Shown: positions 26,060-35,479 of the stretch, one piece after another | Position numbering within the stretch: position 1 is the first letter of the stretch | Layout: each line of letters starts with the position of its first letter | NCBI GenBank assembly: GCA_016839945.1 | Contig: JAEOTE010000007.1 | Location: 115,799-179,798 of the forward strand | Origin: Candidatus Heimdallarchaeota archaeon | Lineage (GTDB): Archaea > Asgardarchaeota > Heimdallarchaeia > Heimdallarchaeales > Heimdallarchaeaceae | Length of the DNA stretch: 64,000 nucleotides | Direction: 5' to 3' | Program-made: the position numbers and the translations under genes | The notes under the pieces: generated by a model | What the model saw: only the letters and a program-made list of their open reading frames with translations | Database searches by the model: none | Told to the model about the DNA's origin: nothing

Positions 26060-26812
26060 ATGAGATTTGAAGATAAAAAAGTAATAATAACTGGGGCTAG
26101 TTCAGGAATAGGAAGAGCAACAGCAATCAAATTTAGGAAAGAAGGTGCAGAAGTTCTCCTAGTTGCAAGATCAGAAGATGTATTGAAGGATTTAGCATCA
26201 GAGTTAAATTCTATGTCTCTAGCAATGGATCTTACAGCAAACAAAGCCGCGGAATTGATTATTGGTGAAGCAACTCTCCTTTGGGGTAAAATTGATGTTT
26301 TAGTTAATGCTGCAGGAATTATTAAATCTGGAACAATTCTTGATACAACCATTGAAGATTTTGACTATATGATGAATTTAAATCTCCGTTCAATTTTCCA
26401 TTTAATGCAAACTGCTATCCCTTTTCTTAAAGAAACAAAGGGGAATATTGTGAATATATCTAGTGTAACTGGAATCAGAGCTTTTCCAAACATATTAGCT
26501 TACTGTGTTAGTAAAGCCGCTTTAGATCATCTTACAAGATGTTCAGCATTAGAACTAGCTCAGTTTGGAGTCAGAGTTAATGCAGTAAATCCTGGAGTTG
26601 TAATAACTAATTTGCACAAAGCAAGTGGAATGTCTGTAGAAGATTATGCGAAATTTTTAGTACATAGTGAAACAACCCACCCACTTGGAAGAGCAGGGAC
26701 AGCTGAAGAAATAGCAGATTTGATTCTGTTTTTAGCATCAAATAAGGCTAGTTGGATTACTGGAGAAACAGTTAGTATAGATGGAGGAAGATTCCTTACT
26801 TGTTTACGTTAG
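26060..26812 (+). CDS. Short-chain dehydrogenase/reductase
   Basis: TGASSGIG, NAAG, YCVSK, VNPG, DGG. Confidence 0.96.
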   Translation: MRFEDKKVIITGASSGIGRATAIKFRKEGAEVLLVARSEDVLKDLASELNSMSLAMDLTANKAAELIIGEATLLWGKIDVLVNAAGIIKSGTILDTTIEDFDYMMNLNLRSIFHLMQTAIPFLKETKGNIVNISSVTGIRAFPNILAYCVSKAALDHLTRCSALELAQFGVRVNAVNPGVVITNLHKASGMSVEDYAKFLVHSETTHPLGRAGTAEEIADLILFLASNKASWITGETVSIDGGRFLTCLR

Positions 26813-28260
26813 CTTAAACTAAACTTTACTCCTAAGCCTTTTTGTATTACATCAGAATGAAATGAATTGAATTCATCAGGCTTTTCAGTATGTATAGGCA
26901 TAACATATTTAGGATTAATTTTCTGAATCATTTCCTTAATATCATAACCAGAAGCATGTCCTGAACAATGAACTTGTTCATAAGGATGCATTCCAAAGAA
27001 CATCAACCAGTTTATAGCTTTTTTAAGGTCTAACTCCATTTCTTCATCGACAGGTTCAGTTACAGATCGAATGAAAATGGATCCTTCTTGAGGATTAATG
27101 TCAAACAAATTTTTTAATTCAAAGAAATCACATCTATATACGAAATCCTTAGGATTTTTACTTATATCATCAGCTGTGACACTATTTGTTCTATCAATAA
27201 GCTTATTTTCCCAATACAGGTAATCTCTCATTTGTATCTCTACAGGATAATTAATATCGTTTAGAATACCCCATCTCTTTTTAGGTATAAAGATACTAAT
27301 TTCATCAATAGTTGGCATATTTTTTACACCATTCTCCTCAAGAACTCCTAATGTGTAAGCTTGTTTTAGATTAACAACTAAGGATCTATCAGCATGTTTA
27401 GCTGCTTCAATAAATGAACGCATACGATCCATATCTCGAACAGGAAAATTGACTGTTATTAATCCAGGAACATTTTCCACTAATGAAAATAGTTTTTGTT
27501 GAAGATCCATTTCACCGAAAGAAGTTGGTTCTTCAATATTAGTTCCTTCACTAATGATTAGAACAGGATCAAAGGATTTAGCTTTTTCTACAAAAAAGTC
27601 ACTTTCAGTACCTCTACGTCCATGAAAACGGATATCCCCTGTATAAACAATAGCTCCTTCACTGGTTTCAATAATAAAAGAATTAGCTCCAGGTACAGAA
27701 TGATCAACAGGATAAGTATGAATAGTAAAATCATCAATTTTTGTCGTTGTTTCAAGGATATTAAATTCCCTTTTTATCCTAGAATCTTTATCTTTAACTA
27801 GTTTCGAAGAATCTCTTTTACTAGGTCTGAGTTTGAAAGCTTCTTTGATAAAAGTATATTCATGAAAACCAAAAGCAGTTTCCTCAAGTGCTTGAAGAAT
27901 AGCTTTACAGCCTATAGAACAGAAAACAGGAATATCAGGTCTGATGAATGATAGAAAACCTGCATGATCTAAATGAGGATGCGAAAGAACAATTCCATCA
28001 AATTTAGGTTCTTTTGAACTTTCTCGCAAACGTCTTTCATAGTCTGGCCGATATAAACCATCTAAATCAGGTAACAAACCTAATTTTAGAAAATCACTAA
28101 TATAATTCCATTTTCGTGGTTGAAGATAGGGTGTAAAAAAATCTCCCCATCGTCCAAAACTTAAACCAAAATCAAAGAAGATTCTGGTATCTCCATCTTC
28201 TATTAGAATCTTATTTCCACCAATTTCTCCTACTGCACCATGAAGTGTTATTTGTGTCAT
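26809..28260 (-). CDS. Metallo-beta-lactamase/beta-CASP nuclease (RNase J-like)
   Basis: True start probably ATG 28260 (MTQITLHGAVGEIGGN); DFG, HPHLDH, DHS, YTGD, EGT, HCSGH, PIH. Confidence 0.88.
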   Translation of the reverse strand: MTQITLHGAVGEIGGNKILIEDGDTRIFFDFGLSFGRWGDFFTPYLQPRKWNYISDFLKLGLLPDLDGLYRPDYERRLRESSKEPKFDGIVLSHPHLDHAGFLSFIRPDIPVFCSIGCKAILQALEETAFGFHEYTFIKEAFKLRPSKRDSSKLVKDKDSRIKREFNILETTTKIDDFTIHTYPVDHSVPGANSFIIETSEGAIVYTGDIRFHGRRGTESDFFVEKAKSFDPVLIISEGTNIEEPTSFGEMDLQQKLFSLVENVPGLITVNFPVRDMDRMRSFIEAAKHADRSLVVNLKQAYTLGVLEENGVKNMPTIDEISIFIPKKRWGILNDINYPVEIQMRDYLYWENKLIDRTNSVTADDISKNPKDFVYRCDFFELKNLFDINPQEGSIFIRSVTEPVDEEMELDLKKAINWLMFFGMHPYEQVHCSGHASGYDIKEMIQKINPKYVMPIHTEKPDEFNSFHSDVIQKGLGVKFSLS

Positions 28261-28351
28261 CAGTAATATATAAATTAAGTAAATATAAAAAATATAGCTA
28301 GAAGAAGGATTCCAAAAAGTTCTAATATAATCCATACTTAAAAGGACTAGA

Positions 28352-28600
28352 ATGAAAGGAAGAAAAAAATCTATTGAAGATTTTTGGAAAAGAAATAGAA
28401 AACATATTGTTATGGCATTCATAATCCTTCTAGGTATTATGCTCAGTCTTTCAATTTTTGGTATTATTTTTACAATTACAAGAAGGCATGAACTCTCTGA
28501 TATTGATGTTATAGCAAATTTGGTGATTTATACAGGGAATGCAATTGTAATGAGTATTCTTCTCTTTGCAACCTTCAGATTTAGAATTCGTGGAATATAA
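28352..28600 (+). CDS. Small 2-TM membrane protein
   Basis: Basic N-terminus and two TM helices; no overlap once the upstream gene start is corrected. Confidence 0.6.
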   Translation: MKGRKKSIEDFWKRNRKHIVMAFIILLGIMLSLSIFGIIFTITRRHELSDIDVIANLVIYTGNAIVMSILLFATFRFRIRGI

Positions 28601-28659
28601 AATTATCTAGATTTTTGGAAATTCTCAAAATTTTAATAGACTAAAACAAGTGTTTTCAT

Positions 28660-28947
28660 ATGAGAATGCTAAAATGTCCAAATTGTAATACTTTGCTTGA
28701 TATATATGTTGGAGCACTTCGACCTATGGAAGCAGTAGCTGCAGAAATGTTACAGAAAGGTGTAATACTTCATTGTCCTAGTTGTCATTCACGTAATTTT
28801 GATATTTCAGAGATAGCATGTCCTCAATGCAATGAAAATAAACTTCAATCTTCTATGTTAGAACAAACTGTTACTGCACAAATTCCTCAAAAATTAGAAG
28901 GAAGAATCCACTGCACTAACTGTGAGTTTAAGATACATGTTTGGTAA
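28660..28947 (+). CDS. Small zinc-ribbon protein (4 CxxC)
   Basis: CPNC, CPSC, CPQC, CTNC. Confidence 0.8.
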   Translation: MRMLKCPNCNTLLDIYVGALRPMEAVAAEMLQKGVILHCPSCHSRNFDISEIACPQCNENKLQSSMLEQTVTAQIPQKLEGRIHCTNCEFKIHVW

Positions 28948-28974
28948 AAAAAATCAATCCTGAAAAAGGATTGA
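28946..28974 (-). terminator. Hairpin plus U-tract between convergent genes
   Basis: TCAATCCT-gaaaa-AGGATTGA 8-bp stem (28954-28974), followed on the minus strand by a T8 tract. Confidence 0.5.
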
Positions 28975-28992
28975 AATCTGAATTTTTTACTG

Positions 28993-29976
28993 CTATCTTT
29001 TTTCAACAATGATTTCTACAACATCAGTATCATTAAGTTCATGATCTAAGCCAACTTGTTGTCCTTCAAATTCAGCGGAAGGTCCCCAAACTCGGGCATA
29101 TTTGAATCTTTCAACAAAACTACTATGAATTTTCCTTGTAACATCTAATACAGTTGAACCTTCTGCTAGAACAAAAGGTTGTTCAAGATCAGCTTTTTGT
29201 CCAGGTTTCTTTGTGTAAACCCGAACCATCTCAAGTTGTTCAACAAGTGCTTTTTTAAGATTTTCCAGTGAGTCTACATGCATAATCGATATAGGGATTA
29301 TTGGAAAAGGGCTAATTTCCTGAACTATCTTGAAATTCTCTTCAGTCCCAGGTAAATCTCCTTTAGTAGCGATAATCACAAACTTATATTGAGACTCACC
29401 ATCTACAAGTAATTTGGAATCTTCAAGTTGCTTGATAAGAAAATCATACTGCCTTTGAATATCCATAGATAAATCTATGACTAGCATTATAGCATCACTA
29501 GTTCTGGCTACTCGAACAATTTGTCGATTGATATTCCAATCTTCTCTCCAGTCAAGAAATCCAGGGACATCAACTATCTGTATTCTCAAATCTTCATACT
29601 CAAGTGTGCCAGCATGAGCAATGCGAGTTGTGTGGAGATATGCACCTACTTTGACATCTGTATTTGTTATAGCATTCATCAGAGTACTTTTACCAACATT
29701 AGATAAACCAAAAAGTGCGATTCGACCATCTCCAGAGGAGGGAATGTGAAATGGATCATATATCCTGCCTTTTTGTTTAGGTTTCTCTTTAATTTCAGCA
29801 ATCATTCCTTCTAGTTCTCGAAGTTGAAGTTTGAATACACCCATCTTGTCTAATTTCTTATTGTAAATATCTTCGATAATGTCCTCTAATTCAGCAATGA
29901 GAGCTTCTCCTTCAAGATTCCTTATCCTTCTGGCTATATTGAATCTATACCACTTTATTTTGGTGTAATTACTCAT
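28993..29976 (-). CDS. DRG/OBG-family GTPase with C-terminal TGS domain
   Basis: G1 GLSNVGKST, G2 YLHTT, G3 DVPG, G4 TKGD; TGS RVYTKKPG...ARVWGPSAEFEGQQVGLDHEL.D.DVVEI. Confidence 0.92.
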   Translation of the reverse strand: MSNYTKIKWYRFNIARRIRNLEGEALIAELEDIIEDIYNKKLDKMGVFKLQLRELEGMIAEIKEKPKQKGRIYDPFHIPSSGDGRIALFGLSNVGKSTLMNAITNTDVKVGAYLHTTRIAHAGTLEYEDLRIQIVDVPGFLDWREDWNINRQIVRVARTSDAIMLVIDLSMDIQRQYDFLIKQLEDSKLLVDGESQYKFVIIATKGDLPGTEENFKIVQEISPFPIIPISIMHVDSLENLKKALVEQLEMVRVYTKKPGQKADLEQPFVLAEGSTVLDVTRKIHSSFVERFKYARVWGPSAEFEGQQVGLDHELNDTDVVEIIVEKR

Positions 29977-30120
29977 TATACCACCTCATATTTTCTTTTT
30001 TTATTACTTCAATTTTACGCAAATCAGCGATTCATTTTTTGATTACGATATATTTTCGAAAACTAGCAGCAAGTTTGTTAAAATGAATTTAATAGAAAGA
30101 AATTAAGACTTTCTCGAAAA

Positions 30121-30240
30121 ATCATCAATAACAATGTAGACTACTCGCTACTAATCTTAGTACAAACATGATTAGAGCGCGAGATCCCCTCGCATGAAGT
30201 CATACACAAAGTACAGGGATTGACATTGTTATCAGGATAG
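30121..30240 (-). ncRNA. Candidate structured ncRNA or 5' leader (multi-branch fold with pseudoknot)
   Basis: GC-richer island in a non-coding gap. Helices 30128-37/30223-32, 30139-42/30198-201, 30147-56/30170-78, 30179-83/30189-93; loop 30184-88 complementary to 30216-20. G-U pairs favour the minus strand. Confidence 0.5.
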
Positions 30241-30362
30241 GATAAATTAATACAATTAAAAAACTTTTGACATGAAATAGTGTTTGAAAAATTATTTAAA
30301 ATTTAAAAATGCTAAAATGTATTTTAAGGATTTAGATATAGAAATTGAAGAAAAAGAGAGAA

Positions 30363-30596
30363 TTATTGATCTACACAGATCATTGTCATTGTAGAACGAA
30401 CTTTCTCCAACACTCTGAGGTTTTCAGTAACGATTTTCTTCAAAGAATCAGTATCTTCAGCTTCAATTTTGGCTATCAAATCGTAAACACCATAAACGAT
30501 GTGAACCTCTACTACATTGGGCATGGTTTTAAGTTGTTCCATAACGCTGCTTTCCTCTCCAATCTCACAATTTATTAAAATGTAAGCTGATGCCAC
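30363..30596 (-). CDS. Stand-alone Lrp/AsnC ligand-binding (RAM) domain protein
   Basis: AYILIN..G....VYGVYDLIAKIE...V.STMT; no HTH. Confidence 0.92.
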   Translation of the reverse strand: MASAYILINCEIGEESSVMEQLKTMPNVVEVHIVYGVYDLIAKIEAEDTDSLKKIVTENLRVLEKVRSTMTMICVDQ

Positions 30597-30703
30597 TTTT
30601 ATTTCACCGGGCTGAAAATGATTAAAGGTTTATAAAAAGATTCCGCATTTTGTTTAGTTTAAAGAGATTTGTTATCATACAGAAGAAATAAGGTGTGTAT
30701 AGA

Positions 30704-31420
30704 CTATTTTTCTACAAGTTCCTTTAGTTTTTTAGCTGATTTGATATTATGTTCTAAATCACTAGGATTAGGAACCATTCCATCCCAACCAGATTTTTCT
30801 ACAAACGTTTCGAAATGTTCATACAATTCTTCAGCAGTAAATTTTGCTATCTTTGTTGGAGTGTCAAAACCAGCAGAATGGTATAATTTAGCCAATTTTG
30901 ATTTTACATATCCAATTCTAGTGATATCTGAAAGTTCTACCAATTCTAAAATACCTTTTTCTGGAATATCTAATTGTTTTGCTAGCTCTTTTCTTTGTTT
31001 TATTGTTTTTCCTACTTCAAGCATTTGTTCTACATTTTTAATACCAATACTTGCTAGTTTTCTAACATATTCCAGGTTTACTTGATAGAAATTTTTGAGA
31101 GGAAAAATCCTTCTGGATTTCTTAGTTCTTACTTCTCTAAGTTTTGCGGTATGACTCAATAGTTCTCTGTTTTCAATAAATTTGAAATAATTCATTAAAA
31201 CATATAAAGATCCTTTCGCTGAAGTTTTCAGGACTTTTTCAATTTTCTCTACATATAAATCGATATCAGTTTTGTTTATATCAACTAGTCCCTTTTCCAT
31301 TTCTTCCTTCAGGAAATTTGCGAATTTATTAACAGCTGCAACATTCCTGTCAATAACTTCATCCTTTTTTCCTTTCCTCTTAAGAAATTTCCTAAACTCC
31401 GCTTCATTCAATAAAAGCAC
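30704..31420 (-). CDS. Integrase-N SAM-like domain plus DUF4332 (HhH) protein
   Basis: N-terminal F..FL..KG...F..FL helical bundle; KLASIGIKNVEQML, LSDITRIGYV, LYHSAGFDT. Confidence 0.75.
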   Translation of the reverse strand: MLLLNEAEFRKFLKRKGKKDEVIDRNVAAVNKFANFLKEEMEKGLVDINKTDIDLYVEKIEKVLKTSAKGSLYVLMNYFKFIENRELLSHTAKLREVRTKKSRRIFPLKNFYQVNLEYVRKLASIGIKNVEQMLEVGKTIKQRKELAKQLDIPEKGILELVELSDITRIGYVKSKLAKLYHSAGFDTPTKIAKFTAEELYEHFETFVEKSGWDGMVPNPSDLEHNIKSAKKLKELVEK

Positions 31421-31432
31421 CCTATTCTTTAT

Positions 31433-32332
31433 TTACTGCTTTTTCTTCAAAAATCTATGCCATCGAGTTATTTCATTTTCCAACCAATTACCTTCAGGTC
31501 TGCAACTGAAGGACCAATTTGTAGAGCCAATATCAAAATACTTAGGTAAATCTTCATCTTTCAATATTTTACTAATCGATATTTTTTGTTTGATTTTTGT
31601 TTTCAAAAAGCTGATTAAAGAATCATAATATAATCTGACAGATTGTATATAGTCTTTCTTAACTGGATTACCATGACCAGGGATGAACAGATCAATATCC
31701 ATATTTTCCCAAGTTTTGTACATTTCTGGAGTATCATAGGAAGTTCGTGTTAGTTGTGGATATGTTACAAGTAGATTATCCCCAGTGCACATTATTTTTT
31801 CTCCGGGAATAAGAACAATAGCTGATTCAGCTGTATGATTACCTATAACTTTGAATATAATTTTACGTTCTTCTTCTCCAATTTCTAATTCATCTTTTAC
31901 GGTGATATTGGGGATAAACAAATCTGCGTTTTCTATATCTTCTGCTATCTCAGAATCTTCTTCCCTATAGTCTTTTGCTCTTTCCTTTCTTTCCTTTGTG
32001 CTTAAATAACCCGAATAGCTTCTTTTTAGACCTGTTATTCCCCTCTTAGCAATCACAACATCCACATCTTTGAAAACTTTCATAGCTAGAATATGATCCC
32101 AATGGATGTGTGTTAGCAATAGATAACTAGTTTTTCTTTGAAAATGCTCTTCCATTTGTTTTCGGAATTCCATAATAGCTTTACTATATACTCCGCAATC
32201 AACAAAAATGAGCTGATCTGGTAAAGCGATACAAGTAATAGTAACTGTTTGAGGAGCGTCATTTACTATGCTTCTTTTTTTGTCTAAGAAATTAGCAATG
32301 AAGATGTTGTCAGTTATTTTCTGAACTTGCAT
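31433..32332 (-). CDS. MBL-fold metallo-hydrolase (cyclase-like)
   Basis: VDCG, THIHWDH, HT, TGD, IPGHG. Confidence 0.9.
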   Translation of the reverse strand: MQVQKITDNIFIANFLDKKRSIVNDAPQTVTITCIALPDQLIFVDCGVYSKAIMEFRKQMEEHFQRKTSYLLLTHIHWDHILAMKVFKDVDVVIAKRGITGLKRSYSGYLSTKERKERAKDYREEDSEIAEDIENADLFIPNITVKDELEIGEEERKIIFKVIGNHTAESAIVLIPGEKIMCTGDNLLVTYPQLTRTSYDTPEMYKTWENMDIDLFIPGHGNPVKKDYIQSVRLYYDSLISFLKTKIKQKISISKILKDEDLPKYFDIGSTNWSFSCRPEGNWLENEITRWHRFLKKKQ

Positions 32333-32422
32333 AGTAGATACAAGTAATAAGAACTAATAAGCATTAGGTCTAGAAGTTCAAAACTACGAAACAAAAATAA
32401 AGGGTTAATTCGAAAAGAAGAT

Positions 32423-33601
32423 ATGGTAGAATTCTCTCTTAATCATGTTAATCAATTCATTCTTAGAAAACAGCATTTTACCAATGAAACGAAAACAGAC
32501 GATATATTAGCTATAGCTAAGGACATTGGTGGATTACATAGCACCAGTCAAACTTCACCTTACCTATCTTTGTACAGCCGGACTAATAATTTTACAAAAA
32601 ACCAATTAGATGAAGAAGCATACAAAAAGAAGAATCTGGGAAAGGTTCGATGCGTAAGAAAAACTATATTCATACTACACAAAGATGTTTTGCCATGGGT
32701 AATTAATGCAACAAAAAAACAGCATGCTAAACGTCATATAGACTATCTAGCAAATCTTGGAGTAAAAGAGGAGAAATATCAGAAGATAGTTGATGATATG
32801 CTAAACGTTCTCAAAGGAAGAAATCTATCGGTTTCTGAAATAAAGGAAGAGCTCAATAGTCAAGAAAATATCTCTGCTATGGTGAACCTTGCGTGTGATA
32901 AATTTCAGATTATTAGAAACAAACCCATCAAAAGTTGGAGAGATAGAAGACACACTTACTCATCTTTTGAAGAGTATTTTCCAAATATGAATCTAAAACA
33001 ATATAGTGAAGAGGAAAGCAGAAAATTACTTGTTAAGTACTATCTAGAAAGTTTTGGTCCTGTAACAGAAAACGATATTGTTTGGTGGACTGGTTTTAAT
33101 AAAACTGAAACAAGAAAAGCTTTAGCAGAATTAGAAGGAAGTATTACTGAAATCTCTATATCAAATGATGATAAAGTGTATATTATACTTCAATCCAATC
33201 TAGAGAAATTACAAAAAATGAGTGTAACAGATGAACTAACCCTAAGCATTCTACCTGATTTAGATCCTTATACTATGGGATACAAAGATAGAGACAGATA
33301 CATCGATGAAAATTATTATGATTATATTTATGATCGTTCTGGAAATGCAACGACAACAATATTAGCAGATGGTAAAGTTATAGGAGTTTGGGATTTCGTA
33401 GGAACAAAAATACCAATGATTAAGTTTCACTTTTTTGAACAACAAAAGAAAGAAACCTATGAGAAAATAAAATCACAATTAAAAAAAGTTGGATCTTTTA
33501 TTTTCGATACAGAAGTTCCTCTAAAGGAGTGTAAGGAAATGGATCCATTGAAAACTAGAACTCCAGGTGAAGTACAAACTCCTCTTAAACACTGTAAATA
33601 G
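32423..33601 (+). CDS. HTH_42 / AlkZ-like winged-helix DNA glycosylase family protein
   Basis: GGLHST..PYLSLYSR, R.T, YLESFGPVT..DIVWWTG, LPDLDPYTMGYKDR, DGKVIGVW. Confidence 0.88.
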   Translation: MVEFSLNHVNQFILRKQHFTNETKTDDILAIAKDIGGLHSTSQTSPYLSLYSRTNNFTKNQLDEEAYKKKNLGKVRCVRKTIFILHKDVLPWVINATKKQHAKRHIDYLANLGVKEEKYQKIVDDMLNVLKGRNLSVSEIKEELNSQENISAMVNLACDKFQIIRNKPIKSWRDRRHTYSSFEEYFPNMNLKQYSEEESRKLLVKYYLESFGPVTENDIVWWTGFNKTETRKALAELEGSITEISISNDDKVYIILQSNLEKLQKMSVTDELTLSILPDLDPYTMGYKDRDRYIDENYYDYIYDRSGNATTTILADGKVIGVWDFVGTKIPMIKFHFFEQQKKETYEKIKSQLKKVGSFIFDTEVPLKECKEMDPLKTRTPGEVQTPLKHCK

Positions 33602-33637
33602 ATCCAGAATATTGAGAACTCTTCCAAAAAAATAAAT

Positions 33638-34630
33638 ATGTTAAACTCCCTTATAGTTATTGAAGTCTTTCAGCACAATGGTGAAGGGGTTATGAAAAAA
33701 AAGACAATATATTTTGGATTTACAATAGTTGTTTTTATTTTGTTAACAAACACAGTCTCTAGAGCTGGTTCGCTACAATATGTAGGCGTAAAAGTTGGGG
33801 ACACGTTCAAATACAAGATCACGGATGGACATATTTTAACAAAATTTAATGATACTGTTTATCTAAATGACAGTGATTTAAACATTCAGGGAAAGAAAGT
33901 GGACATTCGAATTACAGCAATAGGTGAGATTCTATTAGAATCATTCTTTGGGTACCCAATGGAAGAAATAATAGTAAATGTAACAGAAACAATTGATGGA
34001 GAAGAATATGAAGGTTATACACTCTTAGATGAATGGTATCAGATGTTCTCAGTAATTTTCTTATCTTATATTGGAATTACTCTTTCTTTTGATCCTGAAT
34101 ACTATGAATTTCATCCTCCAGATTCCAGTACAACAGATGTTGAGGAGTTCTTGATGTTACCCATTTTCGCTACAACTAATTCAAGTTTTTATCAAGAATT
34201 GGTAGATCAAGGAGGAATCTCAACTGCACCTCTTCAACCTCAAGGGGGAGCTCCATCAAAAATGGTTTTAGAAGGAATTCAAATAACATTTGACGGAGAA
34301 AGCAAATTTACGTTAAACGCAACAATGGAAGACTCGACATCAGGAACAATAAACGTAGATGTTGAGTGGAACACAAGTGCAATACTAGAATTTTATGTGT
34401 TCATAGATACTCAGAATGGAGTGGTAAAGGAATTTTATCTTAATTTCGAAAATGATATCATAATTGGACCTAATACTACAATTAATGAGATTACATATGG
34501 GTTTAAAGAAGAAAAAACTTCAGGGAATGGAAATACTTTTACCCTAGATTACTCCTTAATGTTATCAATTTATGTTAGTGCAAGTCTCTTAGTAGTTTTT
34601 GTAATTGTAAAGAGAAAAAGAAATAAGTAA
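33638..34630 (+). CDS. Secreted protein with C-terminal TM anchor (likely start ATG 33692)
   Basis: Signal peptide MKKKTIYF..., GVKVGDTFKY, C-terminal TM plus KRKRNK. Confidence 0.8.
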   Translation: MLNSLIVIEVFQHNGEGVMKKKTIYFGFTIVVFILLTNTVSRAGSLQYVGVKVGDTFKYKITDGHILTKFNDTVYLNDSDLNIQGKKVDIRITAIGEILLESFFGYPMEEIIVNVTETIDGEEYEGYTLLDEWYQMFSVIFLSYIGITLSFDPEYYEFHPPDSSTTDVEEFLMLPIFATTNSSFYQELVDQGGISTAPLQPQGGAPSKMVLEGIQITFDGESKFTLNATMEDSTSGTINVDVEWNTSAILEFYVFIDTQNGVVKEFYLNFENDIIIGPNTTINEITYGFKEEKTSGNGNTFTLDYSLMLSIYVSASLLVVFVIVKRKRNK

Positions 34631-34646
34631 TTTTTCTCTTCTTTAT

Positions 34647-35399
34647 CTATTTTTTCGCAATAATCATAAAGCGTGAATCTCTAACTTCTATGAATCCTTT
34701 AACCATGATTATCTCATGGAGTTCGAAAAGCTTTTCCTTATATTTCTCGATGGAAAAATCTGGAATTGCCCAAGGTATGATTTTACAATAATAAGCAATA
34801 GCACCTACATCAAAAAATCGAACAATTGGAAAGGCTTCATACTTCTCTAATACAGTGAACCCAAATTCTTCTAACTCTTGAGATGCAAACTCCAAATGCC
34901 AATCATTTTCCTCAAAATGAGCTCCTAAAAGATCTGCAAGATCCTTGTCATTCTCTCCACCAACTTGCTTATTCACAAATTCTCCATCTTTCTTTAGAAT
35001 TCGAAAAACTTCCTTTGGATCATAAGATTCATGCTGATTTATTATTAACTCAAATTCTTCATCTTTGAATGGTAAATTGCTCTCATCTTCTATTTGAAAA
35101 ACTTTAACTCCTAAAGGCTCGAGTCTTTGCTTAGCTACAGGAACGTTAGGCAAATATGCTTCTGTAGCACAAGTATGCTTTGGAAAAGGTTGAAAGTTTG
35201 TTGCTAGAAATTCTCCTCCTCCGGTACCCATGTCAAGGAGAGATTTAACTCTTCTAATCCTTGGTAAAATCTTGCTAGGATAGCTCCAAGGCAAAGGGGA
35301 CGATACCATTCTATCTCTGATATGAGAAAAATCCCAGCCCGTAAATGGGTGTTCATATTCATGAATCATGAATTCCATTAATTCATCTTTTGAAAACAT
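34647..35399 (-). CDS. Class I SAM-dependent methyltransferase
   Basis: GWDFS, LLDMGTGGGE, LPFKDEEFELI, RILKKDG. Confidence 0.92.
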   Translation of the reverse strand: MFSKDELMEFMIHEYEHPFTGWDFSHIRDRMVSSPLPWSYPSKILPRIRRVKSLLDMGTGGGEFLATNFQPFPKHTCATEAYLPNVPVAKQRLEPLGVKVFQIEDESNLPFKDEEFELIINQHESYDPKEVFRILKKDGEFVNKQVGGENDKDLADLLGAHFEENDWHLEFASQELEEFGFTVLEKYEAFPIVRFFDVGAIAYYCKIIPWAIPDFSIEKYKEKLFELHEIIMVKGFIEVRDSRFMIIAKK

Positions 35400-35479
35400 T
35401 AAAGCAACCTAATGATATGTAAAAATAACCATTATTTATTTTTTTCATTATCCTTTCTTTTGGGTAAATTTATTAAGAT

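Noticed and set aside
28261-28422. 54-aa hydrophobic N-terminal extension on the RNase J-like ORF
   Set aside because: It spans an AT-rich promoter region and overlaps the divergent gene; the MBL fold begins at ATG 28260.
30121-30240. 5S rRNA, tRNA or canonical C/D guide identity for the structured element
   Set aside because: No CCGAAC loop or T-loop, GC too low, and the C and D words are in inverted order.
30704-31420. Integrase or mobile element
   Set aside because: No catalytic R-H-x-x-R-Y domain, att-like repeats or other mobility genes nearby.
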